64,000 bases of DNA, taken from positions 7,369 through 71,368 of the forward strand of contig CANQJH010000003.1 of assembly GCA_947624195.1 (NCBI GenBank). Direction: 5' to 3'. This document shows positions 22,375-32,655 of this stretch, piece after piece. This DNA comes from an uncultured Clostridia bacterium. Lineage in GTDB: Bacteria > Bacillota > Clostridia > TANB77 > CAG-508. Numbering within the stretch: the stretch's first letter is position 1; every line of letters begins with the position of its first letter. The position numbers were made by a program, and so were the translations under genes. The notes beneath the pieces were generated by a model, which saw nothing but the letters and a program-made list of their open reading frames with translations, was not told where the DNA came from and did no database searches.

Positions 22375-23511
22375 CTACCTGCCTAGAATGTGCTTTCTTG
22401 TAATCTCTAGCAAGCCTAACTTTGTAAATCCTAGGATTTGCACTTTTGACCTATCTTTTTTTGTTTCTTCTTCCATCAATTGCTGTACTTTTATTCTATC
22501 TTCTTCTTTGTCCATATCAATATAGTCGATAATAATAATTCCACCTATATCTCTTAATCTCATCTGTTTTGCGATTTCCTTAGTTGCTTCTAAGTTAACT
22601 TTTAGTATTGTATCTTCTAATTCACATTTACCTGTAAACTTTCCAGAATTGACATCAATTGCAGTTAATGCTTCGCATTTATCTATGGTTATAAATCCAC
22701 CACACTTAAGCCATATTTTTCTTGGCATTTTTGATAAATTTTGTATTTGTTTTATTTTTATTTCTACATTTTTATCAATATTATTTATAATAAATTCTTT
22801 TGTTTCATTACTATCAGCATAGATTTCTAAGCCTAATGGTTCAAAATCCGTGATAAGTTTGCCTATTAATCCATTATTATCAAATAGTTTAATAGGAGCT
22901 TTTTCGTTTTGTCTCTTTAATATCATTTCCCATATATTTATTAATTCTGTTATTTCTTTTTTTATTTTACCCTCTTCAATATTATTTGAAGAAGTTCTAA
23001 TTATTGCCCCAAATTCTTTTGGAAGAGATTTTTTTGCTATATTGATGAGCCTTTCTTTTTCTTTTGTATCCTCTATTTTAGTTGAGACTGTGATAAAATT
23101 CGTATATGGCATTAATATAATATAATTTCCTGTTAGTTTTATGTCTTTTGTTACTCTCGAACCCTTTTGATCATCACAGTCTCTTTTTATTTGAACTAAA
23201 ATTTTATCGCCCGTTTTTAAAAGATCTTGAATCTGATACTTTTGTATATCAAGATTAACATTACCTGTTACATTGCTTTCTTTAGGTAAAATGTCTTTGA
23301 TATGTATTAGAGCATTTTTCTCTTCTCCTATATCAATAAACGCTGACTGCATACCTTTTACTACATCTTTAACAACACCAAGATAAATGTTACCTTCAAG
23401 CCTCTTTTTATCAATATTTTCTGTGTAAAACTCTACTAATTCATTTTCTTGATAAACAAAAATTATTATTTTATTAAATTCTTTTTTTATTTCAATTCTA
23501 ATTTTGCTCAT
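22375..23511 (-). CDS. rng: Ribonuclease E/G family
   Basis: GNIYLGVV...SAFIDIG, ALTAIDVNSG, RLRDIGGIIIIDYIDM, LGLLEITRK. Confidence 0.9.
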   Translation of the reverse strand: MSKIRIEIKKEFNKIIIFVYQENELVEFYTENIDKKRLEGNIYLGVVKDVVKGMQSAFIDIGEEKNALIHIKDILPKESNVTGNVNLDIQKYQIQDLLKTGDKILVQIKRDCDDQKGSRVTKDIKLTGNYIILMPYTNFITVSTKIEDTKEKERLINIAKKSLPKEFGAIIRTSSNNIEEGKIKKEITELINIWEMILKRQNEKAPIKLFDNNGLIGKLITDFEPLGLEIYADSNETKEFIINNIDKNVEIKIKQIQNLSKMPRKIWLKCGGFITIDKCEALTAIDVNSGKFTGKCELEDTILKVNLEATKEIAKQMRLRDIGGIIIIDYIDMDKEEDRIKVQQLMEEETKKDRSKVQILGFTKLGLLEITRKHILGR

Positions 23512-23620
23512 AAACCTTTCTTTCTAAAATTAAAGTTTTATTTAATTGATATTAGTAATCCTTGTATCTTTTGTATTAATATTCTATTTTTTAGTTTGTA
23601 TTTTATTTAGTACTTTACCT

Positions 23621-24181
23621 TCATATATTAAGTTGGTTCATTGCATTATCTATTCCATCTCTTATAATTATTTCAACTGCAGACGCAGCTTTTTCTATGG
23701 CTGGCATTAATTTCTCATATTCTTCTTCTGTTAGTTTATTTATAACATATGAAATTAATATTTCTTTAAATTCAGGCATGCCTATTCCAATTCTAATATG
23801 AGGAAACTCTGTTGTTTCTAAATTACTAACTACAGACTTCATACCATTATGAGTGCCTGCTCCGCCCTTTTTTCTTAACTTTACTACCCCAATATCTAAA
23901 TCAATGTCATCATAAATTACAATTATCTTTTCATTTTCTATTTTATAAAAGTTTTTGACTTGAATAATTGACTTACCACTTTCGTTCATATATGTTTGTG
24001 GTTTTAGTAAAATAACCTTTTCTCCTTCTATTTCACCACTGCCATATATTCCATCAAATCCTTTTTTGTTAAATTCTATATTGTGTTTTTTCGCAACAAG
24101 ATTAACCGTGTCAAATCCCATATTGTGTCTTGTTTTGCTATATTGAGGTTCTGGATTTCCTAGTCCTACAATTAAATACAT
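23621..24181 (-). CDS. pth: Peptidyl-tRNA hydrolase
   Basis: LIVGLGNP..TRHNMGF, KPQTYMNESG, GTHNGMKS. Confidence 0.97.
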   Translation of the reverse strand: MYLIVGLGNPEPQYSKTRHNMGFDTVNLVAKKHNIEFNKKGFDGIYGSGEIEGEKVILLKPQTYMNESGKSIIQVKNFYKIENEKIIVIYDDIDLDIGVVKLRKKGGAGTHNGMKSVVSNLETTEFPHIRIGIGMPEFKEILISYVINKLTEEEYEKLMPAIEKAASAVEIIIRDGIDNAMNQLNI

Positions 24182-24304
24182 AAATTTCTCGTATAATCAA
24201 TTATATAGAAATATTAATCTATTAATTGATTAATCCCTTTCTTTAAATTCTATTTTATATTATAATAGATTTTTTCATAAGTTTCAAGTTTCATAAATAA
24301 TGTA

Positions 24305-26663
24305 TTATTGTATTATTCTTTTTATTTTAATAAATACTATTAGTAATGTAACTAATGCACAAGCTATACCAATAGCTATTTTTTTAGCTCCAGTTCTAGG
24401 CATTATTACTACATCATTTTTGTCTTCATTATCTTCTAATGTTGTTTCCTCTAAATCAATTGATTGTACTGCTACTTTATTGCTTACTGTACCACAAACG
24501 TCTACTCCATCTTTTTTAGTTAGTATTAATTCATATTCTATAGCTTGTCCTGGATTTATATTGTCTATATCAATATAAATTTTATCCGCACTTATGGTCC
24601 ATAATGGATTATCATCTTGGAGTGCAATATAGCCTTCTGGTAGATAATCTATTAATCTTGCTTTTCCTTCTCTTTCTTGGTCATTTGTTACTTTTATAAT
24701 ATAATGAATTTTACTACTTGAATTAGTATTTGCTTCATCTAAGTTTACTTCAACTTTTCCGATTTTATTTTTTAATTCATGATAATGTTCATTTATTGTT
24801 GCTTGTTTTAAGTTCATTTCAACTTTAAGATTAAATTTCAACTTTTGATAATATAGATTATATGTTAAATCTTCTTTTCCTATGAGAACATTTAGTGAAT
24901 CTGGTTTTGCAACTAATTTATAATAGTCAAAAGCCTTTTCTTCAATTTCATAAATACTTCCTTCTGTCACAGTTTCCTCAGTTCTATCTAATTTGTCGTT
25001 TGTTTCTATGTCTATGTAATTTACTACTATTTTGCTTTGATGTACGTAGTAGTAATTTACTTCTTGCACACCTCTGTTAAATGTATGTGTATTGCTTTCT
25101 GGTCCACTAAAGAATTTATAGTTTGTGAAGCTTTTCTTTTCTGATGTGGCGGTTGTCCCTTCCATTCCACTTAATTCAACTTTATCTAGTAAAGAATCAT
25201 TTGCTTTGTCTTTGTAGTTTACTATTATTTTTCCAATTTTTTTATAATAATAGTTTATCACTTGTTCTTTTTTAGTAAATGTAGTTTCACCAGGTTTTTC
25301 AACTAAAACATAGTCATTAAAAGACTTTTCTTCAGATATGACCTTATCGCCTTCTGTTCCAATTAATGTTACAGAATCCATCACGTCTCCAGTTGTTTTA
25401 TCTATATAATTTACTTTTACTTTTGCTTTATTGTACTTATAATAATACTTTACATTTACATCATTTCCAGGCATTGTTCCATTAGCATTTTGTGGAACTT
25501 CAACTAAAGTATAATCCTTTACTGTCTTTTGTTCTGTTGTATATTGTTCTCCTTCGATTACCTTTTCATTAGTTGATTCAGCTACTTTACTATTATCATA
25601 CACATCTAAATAATCTGCTGTCAAATTATATCTACTTTGTAGATTAAATGTTACGAATAAATTAGATATTCCTCCTGCTCTTTCCATATAAAATATTCTT
25701 AAAGTATGTTCTCCTTCAGATAGCTTGCCTTCTGCAAAAGCTGATTTGGTTACATCAAAGTCATCTCTTCTTGCTTGCTCATTATAAATGCATGAATAAT
25801 ATACTTCATTTTTAGCGAAGTTTATATTTCCAGTCTGTTTTATGTGAGTTCCTCCCAAATCTACTACTAAGGTATCATCTACAAATATCCATACGTCATC
25901 ATCTCCTGAAAAGTTAAACACCATATCTTCATATGCGCCTGTTTTTTGGTTTTTAATCTTTCCATCAGCGGTCATATAAAAAGGCATTTCCATTTTGACT
26001 GTAAAGAAAAGATTTCTATTACCTTCTATTGTAGTATCAGTTTGACAGTCATTAAATGGATAAAATCCACCTCTTGCTCCCTTATGTAATGTAAATTTTT
26101 TATTAGAAGCATCTTTACTTATGTGATACTCATCACTATTAAAACTATAATATCCATTTTCATTTTTCAAAAATGGCATTTTAAAATTTTTGTATACTTG
26201 GTTATAAGCTCTTCCGGTCTACTGTATCTATATCTGGAAATAAGGTTGTTCCATTTTTGTATTTATCTACTACTTTAATGTTTCCATTAACTAGTTTGCT
26301 TTCAACTAAACCTTGTAAAACTCCTTTACAGTCATTTGGTACATTAGTACCTACAAAACCATTTTGTATACCTCCAACAGTTCTTCCTTCAGTTGAGCCA
26401 AAGTATATACCCTCTTTATCAATCGCCTCTCTTTCTTCCATAGCTTTTGGATAATACTCATCCGTTGTCCTTCCCCTAATCATTGAATTATACTCGTCTG
26501 GGTTGATGTCTACAAATGTTGCATTAACATACTTTACATTATCCTCGCTAACTGGTATGCACTCTGTTGAGGCAAAACTCTTTGAATTACCAACAAAAGA
26601 TAATAGGGCGATAACTGCTGTACTAGCAATTAAGCCATCTTTTAATATATTTAATTTTTTCAT
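24305..26663 (-). CDS. Fibro-slime + MucBP + sortase-type surface protein, split by a +1 frameshift at CGG (26214-26216); about 785 aa if joined
   Basis: 5' ORF has a signal peptide and GLVESKLVNG; 3' ORF has FYPFND, FSGDDDVWIFVD..LVVDLGGTH, MucBP-like repeats, MPRTG + TM + basic tail; removing 1 nt joins them. Confidence 0.8.
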
Positions 26664-26934
26664 TAATACTCCTTTTCTAATAAATGTTTTATCATTTATA
26701 TTAATTTAATTTTTTGTAATTTAACTTTTAAAACTGTAGCTTATTTTTTACAGCTTGAATATTTAATTACCTTTTAATTTTGATTGTTTTTAATTTCATT
26801 TATTTATTATATTTTTCGTTTGTATTATTTGGGATTTTCTTTTAGAAAGAAATCTCTTGAAATAGTTTGATAATAACAAAACTATTAAAAAAATTTAAAA
26901 TAAAAATAAGAATAGAATTTTTAATTCTACTCTT

Positions 26935-26989
26935 ATTATAATTGGTAAATTATGTTATGTCAAGAAAAATCGTTCGACAAAATTCGACA
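26935..26989 (-). promoter_or_regulatory. Consensus SigA promoter with two upstream Spo0A boxes
   Basis: TTGACA-17 nt-TATAAT (26963-26935); TGTCGAA at 26979-26973 and 26989-26983. Confidence 0.7.
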
Positions 26990-26994
26990 AATAA

Positions 26995-27050
26995 AAATAT
27001 AGTTATCTTTGAATAAGCCGCGCAGCGACTAACCGGAGCGCCAGCCTAGG
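26995..27050. repeat. GC-rich 56-bp intergenic repeat, copy 2 (inverted)
   Basis: GAATAAGCCGCGCAGCG...CGGAGCGCCAGC.TAGG core shared with 22257-22312. Confidence 0.85.
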
Positions 27051-27062
27051 GGCGTTTGACTT

Positions 27063-27776
27063 TTATTCAAATTCTTTCTCTAGGCACTTATTAAGATACG
27101 TTTTTGTTAAAATTTTTAATTCCTGCTTATTTTCATCAGATAAATCAAATGAAAAGATTTTTTTTGCATCAGCCCATATGATATACTTTATTGATTTTAC
27201 AGTAGAATCAGATAAGGATATTGCACCCTTATCAATTTTTCCACAGCTACTGCATTTAAATCCATTTTCTTTTAAACTGAAATATGATAATTCATCCTTT
27301 CTTCCACAGTTTGTACACTTATCAACAACTGGTCGAAATCCTATTATACTTAATAATCTTAATTTAAATACCGATAAGATTAAATCCATATCTTTGTCTG
27401 ATTCAGATAGCATATACATAGTATTTAATGTTAATTGCAGTATTCTATATGTATTTTGATTTTCATCAGTTACATCTTTTACTATTTTTGCAACTTGTGA
27501 CGCATACTTTAATTTGTCGATATCTAATCTGATATTGTAAAAAATTTCTATTGGTTCGCATGAATTTATACTATAACTACTTACTCCCTTATATATTATA
27601 AATTCCCCAAAGCATAGGAATTGTGTGCCTGCCATAAGAGCACTTTTAGGTCTTCTTGCTCCTTTTGCTGCACATCCAATTTTTCCTAAGTCTGGGGTGA
27701 GTAGAGTTACCATCATATCATTATCACCCATGTTGTTTTGGGCTAAAATAATTCCTTTAGTTTTTATAACTCCCAT
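27063..27776 (-). CDS. recO: DNA repair protein RecO
   Basis: GIIL...D..VTLLT..LGKI..AKGARRPKS, CTNC...CSSC; after era. Confidence 0.93.
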   Translation of the reverse strand: MGVIKTKGIILAQNNMGDNDMMVTLLTPDLGKIGCAAKGARRPKSALMAGTQFLCFGEFIIYKGVSSYSINSCEPIEIFYNIRLDIDKLKYASQVAKIVKDVTDENQNTYRILQLTLNTMYMLSESDKDMDLILSVFKLRLLSIIGFRPVVDKCTNCGRKDELSYFSLKENGFKCSSCGKIDKGAISLSDSTVKSIKYIIWADAKKIFSFDLSDENKQELKILTKTYLNKCLEKEFE

Positions 27777-27859
27777 TTTCTTTTCCTACTTTTTGCAATT
27801 AGTATATTTTAATTTTGTTATTAATTAAAGTAACTTTTTTATTTTATAATTTTTGCTAG

Positions 27860-28021
27860 TTAAAATAGTTTAATTTTGCTGTTATTTTGTAATCCTTCAG
27901 CATCCTTTATTAATTTTTTTTCATTAGCATTTTCCATTGCTTTATCTACTTCCATTAATTCCATAAAAGTATTGATATTGCCAGTATTTTTAAATGTATT
28001 CCACGCAATTTGTTTTAACAT
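27860..28021 (-). CDS. YqzL-like small protein (53 aa, not in ORF track)
   Basis: Hand translation MLKQIAWNTFKNTGNINTFMEL...; RBS GGGAGAG; between era and recO. Confidence 0.75.
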   Translation of the reverse strand: MLKQIAWNTFKNTGNINTFMELMEVDKAMENANEKKLIKDAEGLQNNSKIKLF

Positions 28022-28100
28022 AAGTCTCTCCTATTCTTCAGTCTTTTAATTTAAGCTGTTAGTAAGCAATAAATTTTCTAATTTTGTTATTAACCTAAAA

Positions 28101-29003
28101 TTAATTTTGGTCTTTTGTTTTAAACTTGTTTACAAAACTTTCTTGATTTATCCAGTCTTCTTTTACTTTTACCCAAAGTTTTAAATTCACTTTAGTATCA
28201 AGCATATTCTCTAAATCTTGTCTTGCAAAGCTTCCTATTTTTTTTAGCATTTGTCCTTGCTTTCCTATTATTATGCCCTTATGTGATCCTCTTAAACAAA
28301 AAATTGTTGCTTCTATATTAAAAATTTTTTCATCATTTTTTGTTTTTCCAGTTTTCATTTTAGAAGTTTCTACTAAAATTCCGTGAGGAACCTCGTCTTG
28401 CAATAGTTTCAAAGCTTTTTCTCTAATTGTTTCTTCTACCAATTCTCTTAAGGTTTGATCAGTATATTCTTCTATATCATAATATGCAGGACCGACTTTT
28501 AAATTTTTTTCTATTTCTTCTAAAATTACGTCTAAATTCTTTTTTTGTTTTACTGACACTGGTATTATAGCTTTAAAATCATATAAATCTTTGTAAATAT
28601 TAATTATTTGAGCAAGTTTTGTTGCGTCAATCAAATCTATTTTGTTAATTACTAGTATAGTTGGCTTTTGAGCTTCTTTTATTTTTTCTAAAGTCTTTTC
28701 ATCAACTCTTGAATCATTAGCTTCAACCACATAAATTATGACATCTACATCTGGAATTGATGAAATTGCTGATTCAATCATTACATTGCCAAGTTTAGAT
28801 TTTGGTTTATGAAGTCCCGGTGTATCTATTATTATTATTTGTGAATTTTCTCTATTTATTATTCCTTTTATAACTTTTCTTGTAGTTTGTGGTTTGTTTG
28901 TAATTGCAGATATTTTTTCTCCAACCAAATAATTGATAATGCTTGATTTTCCTACATTGGTTCTTCCTATTACTGTAACAAATCCTGATTTAAATTCTTC
29001 CAT
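28101..29003 (-). CDS. era: GTPase Era
   Basis: GRTNVGKS, PQTTR, DTPG, NKID, KH domain IIIGKQG. Confidence 0.96.
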   Translation of the reverse strand: MEEFKSGFVTVIGRTNVGKSSIINYLVGEKISAITNKPQTTRKVIKGIINRENSQIIIIDTPGLHKPKSKLGNVMIESAISSIPDVDVIIYVVEANDSRVDEKTLEKIKEAQKPTILVINKIDLIDATKLAQIINIYKDLYDFKAIIPVSVKQKKNLDVILEEIEKNLKVGPAYYDIEEYTDQTLRELVEETIREKALKLLQDEVPHGILVETSKMKTGKTKNDEKIFNIEATIFCLRGSHKGIIIGKQGQMLKKIGSFARQDLENMLDTKVNLKLWVKVKEDWINQESFVNKFKTKDQN

Positions 29004-29012
29004 TTTGCTCCT

Positions 29013-30113
29013 TTAATTAACTATATTTCCTTCTTCTGGTTCTTCAACTCCTGTAATTTGTACATTGGCGTTTATTGGAACTATTTGAACAAATGTATTT
29101 CCATCATTTACTTTGATTTCGTTTCCAGATAAATCTTCATAAACTGTTTGTCCGCTTCTTGAAGTCTTTGAACATTTAATCTTAATTGCTCTTCCATTTG
29201 TAATATAATATCCATCTTTTGTTCCTAAAGTATTCATAGTTTGTCTGTCTTTATTTTCACCATCATACAATGTACTATTTGCTATAAATTCGATTATAAT
29301 ATTTTTAAACCTTGCGTCTTCTCCAGTATCCCACTCAACTTCTTTTTTGTTTCTAGTGTATCTTACATAATTTTTAGCTTCAGCATCATATTCCCATCTT
29401 ACATTATTTGATGTTGAATACGGAATTGCTATAGTATCTGCCTTTTGTCCTTCTTCAAGGTTTACATCATCTACTGTATATTTGAATACACTCTCTTTAT
29501 CAGAAGTTGTTCTGTAACCTTTTGAATTTGCCATTTTTAATATATTTGCTGATGAAGTTACAGCATTGTGTGGAGCATATTTGTCTTTGACTCTCCAGAA
29601 ATCTGTACTCGATTGTACTATACCATTTATATTATTTACTCCTAAAGTCTTAATGTCTGCTTCTGCTTGTGGGCTCCATCCAAAGTGTACATATATTGCG
29701 TCATGCTCTAAAGCATAGTCTAAGAAATAATGTCTAGCACTTCTAATAGGTCCTATTTTAGCTAGGTCTTGTCCTTTAAGTAATGCCATTAATCTAGATT
29801 CTCCACCTTCTACAATTATTTCATAAATTGCATATGCATATTTAACTCCTGCATGTGGAAGTGCTTTTACATTATTATCTATCATAACTGCAACTGGTCT
29901 GTCGTTTCCTACAAAAGTTTGCAATTGTTTTTGTTCAACTACTATAGTGTTTTCTTCTACATCATTTACAATTGCAGAAGCATCTTTATTTTGAAAATAC
30001 ATTTTATAGACATAAGTTGCTCCAACAGCTACTGCTACTATTACTAATAAAACTGCTGTGATTATTAACCATTTTTTACTTTTCTTTTTTTCTATACCCC
30101 TTTTATCTCTCAT
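29013..30113 (-). CDS. DUF3048 (YerB-like) protein
   Basis: RPVAVMIDN, YEIIVEGGESRLMA, IGPIRSARHYF, APHN. Confidence 0.85.
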   Translation of the reverse strand: MRDKRGIEKKKSKKWLIITAVLLVIVAVAVGATYVYKMYFQNKDASAIVNDVEENTIVVEQKQLQTFVGNDRPVAVMIDNNVKALPHAGVKYAYAIYEIIVEGGESRLMALLKGQDLAKIGPIRSARHYFLDYALEHDAIYVHFGWSPQAEADIKTLGVNNINGIVQSSTDFWRVKDKYAPHNAVTSSANILKMANSKGYRTTSDKESVFKYTVDDVNLEEGQKADTIAIPYSTSNNVRWEYDAEAKNYVRYTRNKKEVEWDTGEDARFKNIIIEFIANSTLYDGENKDRQTMNTLGTKDGYYITNGRAIKIKCSKTSRSGQTVYEDLSGNEIKVNDGNTFVQIVPINANVQITGVEEPEEGNIVN

Positions 30114-30165
30114 TTTTTCTCCTTTTACTTTTAATCGTATATTTTATTAACACTTTATTTTTGGA

Positions 30166-30924
30166 TTACATTTTAAATACCGTAAGTCCATATACTAGTA
30201 CTACTATCAAAACTCCCATAAATGAACCAAATAATACTTCTCCAAAAGTTTTTTTATCATTTAATCTATTTCCAGCAACCATTAGAGATAGAATTAATGC
30301 TAAGCAAAATACTATTAAATTTCTTGTATTAAGCCATATCGCTGTTAAAACTGCAAAAGCTAATGCAGATTGACCACTTGGTAAAAAAGTATCTTTTGTA
30401 AGCTCTTTAGCAATTTCTCTTTTTTTAAATACAGCTTTCATTGCTATTATTGCAATAACCGTAAGTATGACTGCTACAAAAACTAAATGACTCTGTGATG
30501 ATATAACTTGGTTAAATATACTATCTGCCATTATAGATATTTTAGTCTCTCTAAAAAACAAAAAATATGCTACAATAATTGCATTTACAGCTGTAAGCAC
30601 TACTGCACCAGCTGCTACATCTTTTGCTATTTTTGCTTTTGGATGGTAAACATCTACATATAAATCGACTAATGTTTCAATTGCTGTATTTATTAGTTCT
30701 GCAAAAATTACAAAAAAGACTGCAAATGTTAAGCATAAGAATTCAGCGGTTGTAAAATCATAAAATAAACTTAGTATCATTACTATTGTTCCAAGTATTA
30801 GTTGTTTAGTAATATTAGTTTGTGTTGTGGCACAATAAACTATGCCATTTACTGCATTATTTACTGACTGTAAAAAGTTTTTGTTATAGAGCCTACTGTC
30901 TTTATCTATATTTTCACTTTTCAT
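30166..30924 (-). CDS. dgkA: Undecaprenol/diacylglycerol kinase fused to PAP2-like domain
   Basis: ELINTAIETLVD, AKIAKDVAAGAV; degenerate PSGQSALAF. Confidence 0.85.
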   Translation of the reverse strand: MKSENIDKDSRLYNKNFLQSVNNAVNGIVYCATTQTNITKQLILGTIVMILSLFYDFTTAEFLCLTFAVFFVIFAELINTAIETLVDLYVDVYHPKAKIAKDVAAGAVVLTAVNAIIVAYFLFFRETKISIMADSIFNQVISSQSHLVFVAVILTVIAIIAMKAVFKKREIAKELTKDTFLPSGQSALAFAVLTAIWLNTRNLIVFCLALILSLMVAGNRLNDKKTFGEVLFGSFMGVLIVVLVYGLTVFKM

Positions 30925-30960
30925 TAATTTTTGTATCTCCTTTTTTATATTAATAGTATG

Positions 30961-31446
30961 TTAATTTTCATCTCTAGTTATATTTAATTTATTTAGAATT
31001 TCATCTTCTTTTTTTCTCATTATAACTTTATCTTCATCTTGCATATGATCATATCCCATTAGGTGAAAGAATCCATGTACACACATATAAGCTAGTTCCC
31101 TCTCAAAGCTATGTCCATATTCTATTGCTTGCCTTTTTACTTGATCAATTGAAATTATAATATCACCTAACACATCATCTACATCATAGTTTTGTTTTAT
31201 GAGATTTTCTATTTCGTCTTTTTCAAACATTGGAAATGATAGAACATCAGTCTCTTTATCTATATTTCTGTATGAGTTATTAAGCTCTCTTATCTTGCAT
31301 GGTGTGGTTAAAGTTATACTAATGTATAACTTTAACCTTTCCATATTTTCATTTTTGAAACACTCGTTAATTACTCTTGTAATAATTTCATCATAATTTT
31401 CATTTTCTTGTATATCATCATAAATTATTTCAACATGCTGTTTCAT
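30961..31446 (-). CDS. ybeY: rRNA maturation RNase YbeY
   Basis: TDVLSFP, LGDIIIS, HGFFHLMGYDH. Confidence 0.96.
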   Translation of the reverse strand: MKQHVEIIYDDIQENENYDEIITRVINECFKNENMERLKLYISITLTTPCKIRELNNSYRNIDKETDVLSFPMFEKDEIENLIKQNYDVDDVLGDIIISIDQVKRQAIEYGHSFERELAYMCVHGFFHLMGYDHMQDEDKVIMRKKEDEILNKLNITRDEN

Positions 31447-32641
31447 GAACTAATTCCTTTTTTAATTTTTTTACTACTTTGTATTCACCAGTTTTATATG
31501 AACTAATTTGTCTCATATCACCAAGTTTTACTAAACGTCCTTTGTAAAATTTAATTATTCTATAATATTTGTCTCCGTATTTTTGTAAGAATTTCATATC
31601 TTCTCTAATGTATAGAATTTGTTTTCTAATGTCATATTCATGAAGACCTTTTTCCTCTCTTACTTTATCCAATTCTTTGCATTTATTTGCAAACTTGTTA
31701 TATTCAATCTTATCTTCGTTGTTATTCCAATATATTTTTACTGATAATAATTTTTGATTATATTGTTCAATTAATCTTAGTAGCAATTGATAAGCATTTT
31801 CTCTTTTTCTAGAAATTTTGGTATCTACTATAAGGCTCCTTGTATCTTTTAGTAGCTTTATATAGCATCTCTCTGCAACCATAAGAGGTAAGCTATGTAC
31901 GAATAATTTTCTACTAATTGCTAACAAAATCATTCTCTTATCTAATAAGTCAACTTGATCTAATTTACCAACTTCATATGTTTCAAATAAACTACTTTCT
32001 TTTATTAATTCTTCGTCTTTTATTTCTTTTAGAGGTAAAATATTTGTTACATATTCTTCAAGAGTATCAAATATTTTATCATACATATTTTCTTTATCTA
32101 CAGGTAATTTTTGTTCTGGTAATTTAATCGAATAATGCTTTAGTAAAGCTTTGTATATTTGCTCCATTTCATACAAATATACTTTAGTATATTCTTCTAG
32201 TGATTTTGTTTTGTTAGCTTCTCTTAAATTATTGTAATCTAAGCTTAGAAGATATTGTTGTTTTTTATATTTATATTCAATTTCATCCGTTTCCTTTAAG
32301 TGAATCACGTTGTAGTATTTTGATAAAGCTTCTTTTTCGTATTCTGATGCAGTTTCAAGTACTACTTTTTTATAAATTGTTTCAATTAATAATTGGTCAA
32401 GTGATTCTAAATATAAAGTGTAGAAATCCTCAAATTTCTTTTCTGCTAATTCTCTCTTTTCTTCTTTACAAGAAATCATATTTTTGTAACTTTTAATCAT
32501 AGAATTTCTTTTTATGTTAACCACCAAGTTGTTAAATCCAACCTTAGTTGGTGCTAGTATTTTACTTACAGTGCTTCCGATTCTAGCGAAAAATGTTTTT
32601 TTCGTATCATAAATTCTTATACTTTTTTCTTCTGCTCCCAT
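31430..32641 (-). CDS. Hypothetical helical, charge-rich protein
   Basis: Long ORF with host-like codons, overlapping ybeY; likely start MGAEE at 32641; no motif recognised. Confidence 0.7.
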   Translation of the reverse strand: MGAEEKSIRIYDTKKTFFARIGSTVSKILAPTKVGFNNLVVNIKRNSMIKSYKNMISCKEEKRELAEKKFEDFYTLYLESLDQLLIETIYKKVVLETASEYEKEALSKYYNVIHLKETDEIEYKYKKQQYLLSLDYNNLREANKTKSLEEYTKVYLYEMEQIYKALLKHYSIKLPEQKLPVDKENMYDKIFDTLEEYVTNILPLKEIKDEELIKESSLFETYEVGKLDQVDLLDKRMILLAISRKLFVHSLPLMVAERCYIKLLKDTRSLIVDTKISRKRENAYQLLLRLIEQYNQKLLSVKIYWNNNEDKIEYNKFANKCKELDKVREEKGLHEYDIRKQILYIREDMKFLQKYGDKYYRIIKFYKGRLVKLGDMRQISSYKTGEYKVVKKLKKELVHETAC

Positions 32642-32655
32642 AAAAAACCTTCCTT

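Noticed and set aside
24305-26663. Two separate genes, or SSR phase variation
   Set aside because: Signal peptide and wall anchor lie in different halves, and no slippage tract exists at the junction.
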